This document shows, in pieces, positions 48,963 through 57,145 of a DNA stretch of 64,000 nt (position 1 is its first letter; every line of letters begins with the position of its first letter). The DNA is from Chloroflexota bacterium (GTDB lineage Bacteria > Chloroflexota > UBA11872). The notes below the pieces were generated by a model, which saw only the letters and a list, made by a program, of their open reading frames with translations, was not told the DNA's origin and ran no database searches. The stretch spans positions 2,648,371-2,712,370 of the forward strand of contig OZ244806.1 in NCBI GenBank assembly GCA_965220075.1. The letters are read 5' to 3'. The position numbers were made by a program, and so were the translations under genes.

Positions 48963-50040
48963 ACGCCAGGCGCAGACCGGGCTCGATGTCCAGGTCCAGC
49001 GAGGCGTCCCCAACCTCGCCGCGCGCCAGGCGCCAGGCGCCGGCCACCGCGATCATGCTGCCGTTGTCGGCGCAATGGCGTAGCGCCGGGAAGTGCACGG
49101 GAACCGTGGAGGCGGCGGTCATGGCGGCGCGCAGCCGGCGGTTGGCGGCCACGCCGCCGGTGACGATGATGGAGGCGGCGCCGTGCGCGCGCTGGGCCGA
49201 CACCGTCTTACTCACCAGTACGTCCACGACCGACTCCTGAAAGGCACGCGCGACCTGCGCGACGAAAGTGTCGTCAGCCAGATCAGGCGCGCTGGCGGCA
49301 CGGGCGCCCACGATTTGCCGTGCTTCGTTGGGGCCCAGCCGGTCCTCCACGAGTCGTCGAACCGCCGTCTTGAGGCCGCTGAAGCTGAAATCGTGGGTAC
49401 CGGACAAGGCTGCGCGCGGCAGGTGGAAGGGGGTGGACGCCGCTTGTAAGGCCGCCTGCTCAATGGGAGGTCCCCCCGGAAAGGGCAAACCCAGAAGCCG
49501 GGCCACTTTGTCAAAGGCCTCGCCGGCGGCGTCGTCGCGCGTGCGGCCCAGCAACCGATAGGCTCCGGGCACGGCGGCGTGCAGCAACTCGGTGTGCCCA
49601 CCCGAGACCACCAGTGCAACGATCGGAAACTCCGGCGGAGGGTCCACGCTCAGCCAGGGCGCCGCAAAGTGACCTTCCAAGTGGTTCACCGGAATCAGAG
49701 GCCGCTGAATGGCGAATGCCAGGCCCTGGGCGAAGCGGAGTCCAACCAGCAGTGCGCCGGGCAGACCCGGCCCATAGGTGACCGCGACTCCGTCCACCGT
49801 ATCCAGCCCGACGCCGGCTTGCCGGAGGGCTTTCGCGAACACCGCGTCGATCACCTCGGCGTGAATGCGCGCGGCCGCCTCCGGCACAACCCCGCCGTAG
49901 CCCAGGTGGGGCTCGATCTGGGTTTGGCTTACCAGCGCACTCTCCACGCGGCCGTCGCCCACGAATGCCACGGATGTGTCGTCGCAGGAGGTCTCGATGC
50001 CTACAACGAGTCGCGCAGATGGCGCCGCACCTTCCCTCAA
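48961..50040 (-). CDS. tsaD: tRNA N6-adenosine threonylcarbamoyltransferase TsaD
   Basis: It has LVVGIETSCDDTSVA. The TTG start forms a TTGA overlap with the rimI stop; the track ORF extends to 50133. Confidence 0.85.
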   Translation of the reverse strand: MREGAAPSARLVVGIETSCDDTSVAFVGDGRVESALVSQTQIEPHLGYGGVVPEAAARIHAEVIDAVFAKALRQAGVGLDTVDGVAVTYGPGLPGALLVGLRFAQGLAFAIQRPLIPVNHLEGHFAAPWLSVDPPPEFPIVALVVSGGHTELLHAAVPGAYRLLGRTRDDAAGEAFDKVARLLGLPFPGGPPIEQAALQAASTPFHLPRAALSGTHDFSFSGLKTAVRRLVEDRLGPNEARQIVGARAASAPDLADDTFVAQVARAFQESVVDVLVSKTVSAQRAHGAASIIVTGGVAANRRLRAAMTAASTVPVHFPALRHCADNGSMIAVAGAWRLARGEVGDASLDLDIEPGLRLA

Positions 50041-50630
50041 AGACGGGATTCCCAACGCAGGCGCTCGGTGAGAGCTGTCTCGCAGCCCGCCAGGCGCTGC
50101 TTGAACCGCCCGTCGTTGATGGGGTCGCTCCACATTACGAGAGCGTCCTCACGGTCATCGCTGTAATAGCGCGGCCTGATGCCGTTCTCCCGGAAACTGA
50201 ACTTGCGATACAAGGCCTGGGCCACGGTATTGCTTACGCGGACCTCGAGAGTCATGTGGCTCGCGCCGGCGGCCTGCCCGAGTTTGATCAACTCGATCAG
50301 CATGAGCTCCCCGAGGCCGCGCCCGCGGTGCGCCATATCCACGGCGATGGTGGTGATGTGCGCTTCGTCGACCATCACCCACAAACCGGCGAACCCGACA
50401 ATATCGTCCTCAGCGGCGCGCCGGGCGCCGAAGCGCCACAAGGGAAAACGCAGGCGGCGAGGCGGAACGTCGCGGGGGGGCGCAGCGCGCGGGACCCCCG
50501 CGCGCCGCAGCACGAGGTATTGCGCGCGGTCGTTCTGCATGATCTCGCGCCGATACGAGTCACGCGGCCACGGCGTCGGAAAGGACTCCTTCTCGATCCG
50601 GCGGACCTGGTCGAGGTCGTTGACCTGCAT
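50037..50630 (-). CDS. rimI: Ribosomal-protein-alanine N-acetyltransferase (GNAT)
   Basis: It has a GNAT core (AHRGRGLGELML). The ATG at 50630 gives the N-terminus MQVNDLDQVRRIEKESF; the track ORF extends to 50762. Confidence 0.75.
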   Translation of the reverse strand: MQVNDLDQVRRIEKESFPTPWPRDSYRREIMQNDRAQYLVLRRAGVPRAAPPRDVPPRRLRFPLWRFGARRAAEDDIVGFAGLWVMVDEAHITTIAVDMAHRGRGLGELMLIELIKLGQAAGASHMTLEVRVSNTVAQALYRKFSFRENGIRPRYYSDDREDALVMWSDPINDGRFKQRLAGCETALTERLRWESRL

Positions 50631-50670
50631 TCGCTCGATCAGAAACAGCTCCAAGGACCGTTGGGTCGCG

Positions 50671-51330
50671 CTAGGCACGTGGCGTCTCCCCAATCGGTTG
50701 CGCGCTCGCGGGGGGATTGACGTAGCTGGGCACGGCCGTCCATCGCGCGGGTCCGTCGCCATGGTCGAGCAGTCTGCGGGCGAGTCGAGCGATGGCGCCG
50801 ACCAGCCGCTCGGGCGAGACTACCTGCGGCCGCAGGCCTTGCGCGCGCAGCGACTCCATATCCCCAGCGGTCAGATCGCCGATTACCGGGAAGTCCGGCG
50901 GCAGGATGCGCCTAGCGTCGTGGAGCTCAACGGTATCTACATCCTGCGGGGTGTCGCTGCGCGCGAGGTAGAAGCGCCCGCGGCCCGCTGGGACGAGCAC
51001 GGCGGTAGGCCGCGCCGCGGCGGCCTGGGACAAGGCGGCAACGGCGGGCACACCCACCACCGGCAGCCGGGCCGCCGCCAAGCCTTTGGCGAAGGCGATG
51101 CCGCCGCGGAGGCCGGTGTAGCGACCCGGTCCCGTGCCCACCGCGATAGCGGCGAGCTCGGGCGGGAGTTGCGCGGCGGCGCGCCCGGATTTGCGCAGCA
51201 CGTCTTGCAGCAGCACGCGCAGCGAGTCCGGCCCGCCGGCAGAGCCGGCCACCGCGACCAGCTGATCCGCCGCGGCAATGCCGACGATCGGGCGGGAGTG
51301 CGCGGTGTCGATGACCAAGAGCGCGCTCAT
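50671..51330 (-). CDS. tsaB: tRNA threonylcarbamoyladenosine biosynthesis protein TsaB
   Basis: The YeaZ-like N-terminus MSALLVIDTAHSRPIVGIA is present. Confidence 0.8.
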   Translation of the reverse strand: MSALLVIDTAHSRPIVGIAAADQLVAVAGSAGGPDSLRVLLQDVLRKSGRAAAQLPPELAAIAVGTGPGRYTGLRGGIAFAKGLAAARLPVVGVPAVAALSQAAAARPTAVLVPAGRGRFYLARSDTPQDVDTVELHDARRILPPDFPVIGDLTAGDMESLRAQGLRPQVVSPERLVGAIARLARRLLDHGDGPARWTAVPSYVNPPASAQPIGETPRA

Positions 51331-51875
51331 GCGGCCTCAATCCTTTCACGCAGCCGCTCCACGATTGCCGCCGCACCCGCGCCGCGCGGGTCCAGCCGCA
51401 ACGTGCGCGACTCGTCCACCTGATGCGTTAGGGTGACGAGCAAATGGTCGGCCGGCAATCCGTGGCGCGCTCGCTCTGCCCATTCCACAACCAGCACTCC
51501 ATCCACGTCGAGTAATGCGTCCCATCCAATCGACTGTAGGTCGTGTTCGCCCTCGATCCGATAGAGGTCAACGTGCACTAACGGCAAGCGGCCGCCGCGG
51601 TGAATTGCCGCCAGGGTGTAGGTGGGCGAAGTCACCACATCGCCCAAGCCCAGGCCCTCGGCGATGCCTTTGGCGAACGTCGTCTTGCCCACCCCGAGCG
51701 GGCCTTGCAGAGCAACGCAGTCAGCGGCGTTCAGGCATTGGCCCAGCGCCTTGCCCAAGACGCGCATTTGATCGGGGCTTTCGCAACGGCGCCGCAGGGG
51801 CCGGCGCGCGCTTGGTCCGTGCACCGTGTCAGAGGACATTGAGTCGATACACGCTTCTAGGGTCGGGCGGCCCAT
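51327..51875 (-). CDS. tsaE: tRNA threonylcarbamoyladenosine biosynthesis ATPase TsaE
   Basis: It has the P-loop GPLGVGKTTFAKGIAEGLG. Its stop overlaps the tsaB start (ATGA). Confidence 0.8.
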   Translation of the reverse strand: MGRPTLEACIDSMSSDTVHGPSARRPLRRRCESPDQMRVLGKALGQCLNAADCVALQGPLGVGKTTFAKGIAEGLGLGDVVTSPTYTLAAIHRGGRLPLVHVDLYRIEGEHDLQSIGWDALLDVDGVLVVEWAERARHGLPADHLLVTLTHQVDESRTLRLDPRGAGAAAIVERLRERIEAA

Positions 51876-51934
51876 CAGTCATCGACAGCGCACTGCGATG
51901 GCGGGCCGCCGGGGCGGCGCGCACGATCCGCGGA

Positions 51935-53130
51935 TGAGTCTGCACATAGTCAAGATCAGCCCGACGGCTTTCTTCGCGGACTACGGGTGTCACGTGCGGA
52001 TTTTCGAGGAGACCCTGGCACTGCGCAACGCGGGGCACCGCGTGACGATATTCGCCTATCCCGCGGGAGATACGCCGGCCGGGATGGACGTGCGGAGAGC
52101 GCCCGCACTTCCGGGCATGCGCGACGCGCGCGTCGGTTCGCACTGGCGGAAGCTTCTGCTCGATCCCCTCCTGACGGTAACCACCACTCTGCACGGAGCG
52201 CTTGGACCGGTCGACGTGGTTCACGCGCACTTGCACGAGGGCGCGCTGATCGGCTGGCCCCTGGCGCGCATGAAGGGAGCACCGCTGGTCTTCGACTACC
52301 AGGGCAGTCTGCGCGCCGAGATGCTGGATCATCGATTCCTGGCGCCCAACCATCCGGCTCTGCGCGTCTTTGGTTGGCTGGAACATCTGGCCAATCGCGC
52401 GGCCGACCGCATTCTGACGAGCAGCGAGAACGCGCGAACCCAGCTGCTGGCCTCCATGCCCTCGCTGGAACCGCGGCACGTTGTCACCGTTCCCGACGGT
52501 GTGGACGTGCGGCGCTTCCGGCCACGTTTGGATTCGGACGCAGAGCGCCTGCGCGAGCTGCGGCGGCGCTGGCGGATTCCGGAAGACCGGCTGGTAGTGG
52601 GTTATCTGGGGCTGCTGGCCGAGTACCAGGGGACCGGCGATCTGATTCGGGCGGCCGAGCGCGTGCTGCGCGAGTTCTCGGGCGCGCACTTCCTGGTGAT
52701 GGGATTTCCCAACGAAGCGGCTTATCGGAAGGCCGCGGCCGGCGCGGGATTGGAGTCCTTCTTCACGTTCACGGGCCGGATGGCCTACGACGAGGCGCCG
52801 GCCATGCTGCGCCTGGTCGACGTGGCGGTGTCACCCAAGCGATCCGAGACCGAAGGCAACGGGAAGCTGCTCAACTACATGGCGACCGGTCTGCCGACGG
52901 TGGCCTATGACGGGGCGGTGGCGGCCGAGATCATGGGGCCTGACGCGCTGCTGGCCCCGCTGGGCTCGGTGGACGCGCTGGCCGGGTCGCTGCTGCGGCT
53001 ATTGCGGGATGCCGAGCTGCGCCGCTCCTATGGTCAACGCTTACGGAAACGCGCCGTGGGGCGCTTCGCCTGGTCGGGGGTGATCGGACCGGTTCTCCGG
53101 CTCTACGAGGATTTGCAGTCCAAGAACTGA
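51935..53130 (+). CDS. Glycosyltransferase family 4 (GT-B) protein
   Basis: It has a GT4-like C-terminal region (EGNGKLLNYMATGLPTVAYD). The ATG at 51935 is in frame; the track ORF starts at 51826. Confidence 0.75.
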
Positions 53131-53197
53131 CTCCGACGACGGATAGCCGCATATAATCCCGCGCAGCGCGCTCCCGACGGAGCTTGCCATCGAGCTC

Positions 53198-54574
53198 GTG
53201 CAGTCGTTGGTCATCACGGTTGGGGTGGCCGGCGTGGTGAGCGCAGTCGCGACCGGCGCGCTGCGTGCGCCGCTGTCCAATTTCCGATCGCGCGAGATCA
53301 AGCGCGGCGCGCACCAGATTGCCGCGCCCACGGGAGTATCCGGCAAGCTCCCACTGGTGGCCGGACCCGGCGTGTGGCTGGGTGTCAGCGCGGCGCTGCT
53401 GATCGCGGCCGCGCGCGGTCGAGAGGCCGGTTGGTGGATCGCGCTAGCCGTAGCGGGAGCGTTTTGCTTCGGGCTGGCGGACGACGTGCGCAAGTTCATG
53501 CGGGGACGCGGCATTCCCGAGGGACCCTACCTGGCGTCAGCCGTCGTGCTTGCGATCGGGGGCACAGCGCTTCTGATCGGTCCAGGCGCGCACGCGGCAG
53601 GCAGCCACTCGCCCTTCGCTCTGGCGCATTGGCTGGGTCAAAGCCAGCATTTGCCGCTCAGCGCCTGGTACTTCGCTCTCATCCTCGGAACGATGCTGGC
53701 CAGCAGCTTCAGCGACGGACTGGATGGGCTCACGGCCGGCACCGTCGGCATTGCCGCCGCGGGCGTAGCGGTAGCGGCCGGGCTGTCCGGGGGCGCGGCA
53801 GGCGCCTTGTGGCCCGCCACAGTGGCGGCGGGCGCCGCAGGTGCGTTGGCCTGGAATCTGCCATCCCGATGGTCGCCCGCGAATCGCGGCGCCCGGCGCG
53901 CCGCCCAGGCCTACCTCGGGGATAGCGGCGCGCTGGCGCTGGGGATGGGCGCCGCATGCAGCGCCATAGTGGCCGGCGCGGATTTGCTGTGGCCCATCAT
54001 CGCGGGTCCGCTGCTCCTGGAGGGGTTTTCATCTTTGGTGCAGGCGAAAGTGCTCGTACCTCTCTATCGCCGGATTCGCGATCCGCGCCTGCCCGACGGC
54101 CGCCCGCTGCCGCATCAGCGCTTTCCCCTGCCGCTGCTGGCCGCGCCGCTGCACTACCACTGGGAGCGCCTGGGCATGGACCGGCTGACGGTGGTGCTGA
54201 TGTTCTGGGTCGTCAGTCTGGCGACCGCGGTCGCCAGCGCGGCGGCGGCGGGGCTGCCGTGGCGCGCGGCGGCCGCCGCCGCGCTCGGGGTCGGCGCCTT
54301 CATCGTTGCCGCCTTGTGGCTCAGCGCGATGTGGCTGCGGCCCGCTTTTCTCATGCGCGAGCATGACCTCCTGGTGGTCGCGCATGGACGGCCCTGGCGA
54401 TTGGGACGGATTCGACTGTTCAAACGGCGCGGCGTCGCGGCGAACTCGGCGGCGGCGGATGCGGCGGAAAGCCGGGGCCTGCTCGGGCGCGTGAGCAACG
54501 CGCACGCGCTTGACGAGGTGGTGGCGTCGCTGGTGGAGTCCGCGCGCGGGGCGGGCGCCAAGGTCCCCCGTTGA
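53198..54574 (+). CDS. MraY/WecA-family polyprenyl-phosphate phospho-sugar transferase-like membrane protein with C-terminal extension
   Basis: It is a multi-TM protein with the family motifs GLADD (DD), SDGLDGL (NxxNxxDGIDGL-like) and AYLGDSGA (VFMGDTGS-like). Confidence 0.65.
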   Translation: MQSLVITVGVAGVVSAVATGALRAPLSNFRSREIKRGAHQIAAPTGVSGKLPLVAGPGVWLGVSAALLIAAARGREAGWWIALAVAGAFCFGLADDVRKFMRGRGIPEGPYLASAVVLAIGGTALLIGPGAHAAGSHSPFALAHWLGQSQHLPLSAWYFALILGTMLASSFSDGLDGLTAGTVGIAAAGVAVAAGLSGGAAGALWPATVAAGAAGALAWNLPSRWSPANRGARRAAQAYLGDSGALALGMGAACSAIVAGADLLWPIIAGPLLLEGFSSLVQAKVLVPLYRRIRDPRLPDGRPLPHQRFPLPLLAAPLHYHWERLGMDRLTVVLMFWVVSLATAVASAAAAGLPWRAAAAAALGVGAFIVAALWLSAMWLRPAFLMREHDLLVVAHGRPWRLGRIRLFKRRGVAANSAAADAAESRGLLGRVSNAHALDEVVASLVESARGAGAKVPR

Positions 54575-55650
54575 CCGCCAACGACCCGCCCACGGACGTC
54601 CGCCAAAGCGTGGACGCCATGTTGCTCGCGGCCGGCGGAAGCGCCCGGCCTGTATGGCGGCGCATGCGCGCGGAGGCGCGGCATGGGTTGTGGCGCGTAG
54701 ACGCAGGCGGGCGGCAGCTCGTGCTCAAGGTCTATCACGCGCATGCGGACAGGTTCTTTCACCACCGCTGGCGGCGTGAGGAACGGGCGCTGGATCTGGC
54801 CGCACGCCACGCGCCCGGACTGGCGCCGACGCCCCACGGAGCATGGCTGATGCCCGGCGCATGGGCCGCCCTGGCGATGGACGACCTCGGCGCCGGCGCA
54901 CTGGCGGATCGACTCGCCGCCGCGACTGAGCGTGAGCGCAGAGTTTGGCTGGGGCTGTCCCTCGACGCTCTGCGGCGCTTCGAGGCGCTCACTTCCAAGT
55001 TCGCCGGCATGTTTCGAGCGCTGGCGTATCAGAGCGATCTCGACCGCATCACGGCCAAGACACTGCGCCAGCGCTACGCCAACGCGCTGACAAGGCTGCA
55101 GGGCGCCGAAGAAGGTTCGAACGACACGCTCGCGCCCCGCCGCCTAGTACCTCACGCGCCCTGGGACGAGATCGATCGGTGGCTGGTGCGGCCCCTGGCG
55201 CGCGCGCCGCGGCGTGTAATCCACAACGGGTTCTCCCCGCTCAATCTGATCGAGCGAGAGGGCCGTGTGGCAGTGCTGGACTGGGAGACGCTGGCGGTCG
55301 CTCCGCGCGAGTGCGATCTAGCCGACCTGCTGACCTTCGGCGGCTGGGGTATCGACGCGGACGCGGTTGAGATGCGCGTGGCGGAGCACCTGGGTGTCGA
55401 CAGGCGGTCCGGCCGGGCGCTGGAGCTCTTTTGGAAAGCGGCGGCCGAACGCTGTCTCACCTACGCCGCAACCGCTCACGTGCGCGCCGCGCGCAAGACC
55501 GTAAGCAGTACGCGGGTTCAAACCGAACGGCGCGGGCACTACCTGGCCATGTTCCGCGTCGCCCTCGAGCGCGGCGGCCTCCCGGCCGCCGCCCGGCGGC
55601 ACATTGCAGCCGCATTGCCGGACGGCCTGGAGACCGGCGCGGGGGGCTGA
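54571..55650 (+). CDS. Aminoglycoside-phosphotransferase/choline-kinase-fold protein, catalytic-loop Asp apparently replaced (HNGFSPLN)
   Basis: It has a Brenner-like loop IHNGFSPLNLI and a downstream VLDWE motif. Its TTG start overlaps the upstream stop by 4 nt, and its own stop abuts the murF-like ATG. Confidence 0.6.
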   Translation: MTANDPPTDVRQSVDAMLLAAGGSARPVWRRMRAEARHGLWRVDAGGRQLVLKVYHAHADRFFHHRWRREERALDLAARHAPGLAPTPHGAWLMPGAWAALAMDDLGAGALADRLAAATERERRVWLGLSLDALRRFEALTSKFAGMFRALAYQSDLDRITAKTLRQRYANALTRLQGAEEGSNDTLAPRRLVPHAPWDEIDRWLVRPLARAPRRVIHNGFSPLNLIEREGRVAVLDWETLAVAPRECDLADLLTFGGWGIDADAVEMRVAEHLGVDRRSGRALELFWKAAAERCLTYAATAHVRAARKTVSSTRVQTERRGHYLAMFRVALERGGLPAAARRHIAAALPDGLETGAGG

Positions 55651-57063
55651 ATGTTCACGCTCGCCGACGTCTACGCGGCAGCCGGGCAAGACCCGCCGAC
55701 CGGCGCCGCCGGGGTGCGGATCGACGCGGCGCACTACGACAGCCGCCGAATCGAACCCGGGATGCTGTTCGTGGCGCTGCCGGGCGCCAAGGTGGACGGC
55801 AACGACTACGTAGCCGCCGCTTTCGAAGCCGGGGCGGCGGCGGCGCTGTGCGCGCGCGGCTCGGAGTCCCTACCGGGAGATCGCCGAGTAGTGTCCCCGC
55901 ACACGCTCGAATCGTTTCAGCGTCTCGCCGACAGGCTGCGCTCACGGTCGTCCGCGACTTTCGTGGGGCTGACGGGCAGCAACGGGAAGACCACCACCAA
56001 GCAGGCGCTGGCGGCCGCCCTGGGAGCGGCGGGGCCAACGCTGGCCACCGATCGAAGCGAGAACACGGATATCGGGATTCCGGCCACGCTCTCCCGTCTG
56101 CGTCCTGAGCATCGCTACGCCGTGCTCGAGATGGGCGCTCAAACCACCGGCGAGATAGCGGCCTACTGCCGCTTTGCGCAACCGGATGCCGCCGTAATCA
56201 CGAACATCGGCGCCGCTCACCTAGGTCTGTTCGGGTCACGGGACGCGGTGGCGCAGGCGAAGGCGGAGATCCTGGCCGGGTTGCCGCGCGGCGCGCCGGC
56301 CATCCTGTGTGCCGACGACGCTTGGACCGCTTGGCTGACCGAGCGGGCGCCCGGACCGGTCACTACCTTCGGCCGCGGAGACGAAGCGGACGTACGGGTG
56401 CGCGGCACGCTCCTGCGCCAGCCTGCGGGAACGCTGGTTGAGCTGCGCACCCGCGGCCGTGAATTCGCCTTGGAGGTGGCGGGCGTGGCGGGCCCCATCG
56501 ACCTCGCGTTCGGCGCGGCGATGGCCGCGGCCATGGCTCTCGACGTGGAGCCCGAGGTAGCCGCGGCGGGACTGCTGTCCTTCGAGCCGGCGCCTCACCG
56601 CATGCGCGCGCTGGAGCTGTCCGGCGGCCGGCGGCTGCTGGACGATACCTACAACGCCAACCTTGGCTCGGTGAGGGCGGCGCTCCAGACCCTACGCCTC
56701 ATGCCGGGGGCAAAGCGGCGCGTGGCGGTGCTGGGCGACATGTTCGAGCTCGGCGATTTCGCGGCCGACCAGCATCGAGCGGCCGGTCGCGCGGCGGCGA
56801 AGGTGGACCACCTGATCTGTGTGGGCGCGCTTGCGCGGCACATTCGCGAAGGGGCGATAGCCGCCGGCCTGCCGGAGAGGCAATCGCAACTGATCGCGGT
56901 GGAGACGGAAAGCGACGAATCGATCCTGGGCGCGTGCCAGCAGGTCGCCGAGCTGCTGCTGAGCACACTGCGATCAGGCGACGTAGTGCTGCTGAAGGCC
57001 AGCAACGGCATGCAGTTCGCGCGGATAGTGGAGGCCCTATCCAACGCCTGGGCGCTGAGCTAG
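55651..57063 (+). CDS. murF: Mur ligase family protein, MurF-like (UDP-MurNAc-tripeptide--D-Ala-D-Ala ligase-like)
   Basis: It has a three-domain Mur ligase layout, P-loop GLTGSNGKTTTK and a C-terminal ligase domain. It sits outside any dcw cluster. Confidence 0.75.
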   Translation: MFTLADVYAAAGQDPPTGAAGVRIDAAHYDSRRIEPGMLFVALPGAKVDGNDYVAAAFEAGAAAALCARGSESLPGDRRVVSPHTLESFQRLADRLRSRSSATFVGLTGSNGKTTTKQALAAALGAAGPTLATDRSENTDIGIPATLSRLRPEHRYAVLEMGAQTTGEIAAYCRFAQPDAAVITNIGAAHLGLFGSRDAVAQAKAEILAGLPRGAPAILCADDAWTAWLTERAPGPVTTFGRGDEADVRVRGTLLRQPAGTLVELRTRGREFALEVAGVAGPIDLAFGAAMAAAMALDVEPEVAAAGLLSFEPAPHRMRALELSGGRRLLDDTYNANLGSVRAALQTLRLMPGAKRRVAVLGDMFELGDFAADQHRAAGRAAAKVDHLICVGALARHIREGAIAAGLPERQSQLIAVETESDESILGACQQVAELLLSTLRSGDVVLLKASNGMQFARIVEALSNAWALS

Positions 57064-57145
57064 ATCGTTCTCTTATCGATCACGCTATGCCTGGCAAAGC
57101 TGCGCTCTGACGCGAGTGAGCGCCGGCGTGGGAGCAGGTTTCGGC

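Noticed and set aside
50179-51423. 414-aa plus-strand ORF.
   Set aside because: It is antisense to rimI/tsaB/tsaE. It is a shadow ORF.
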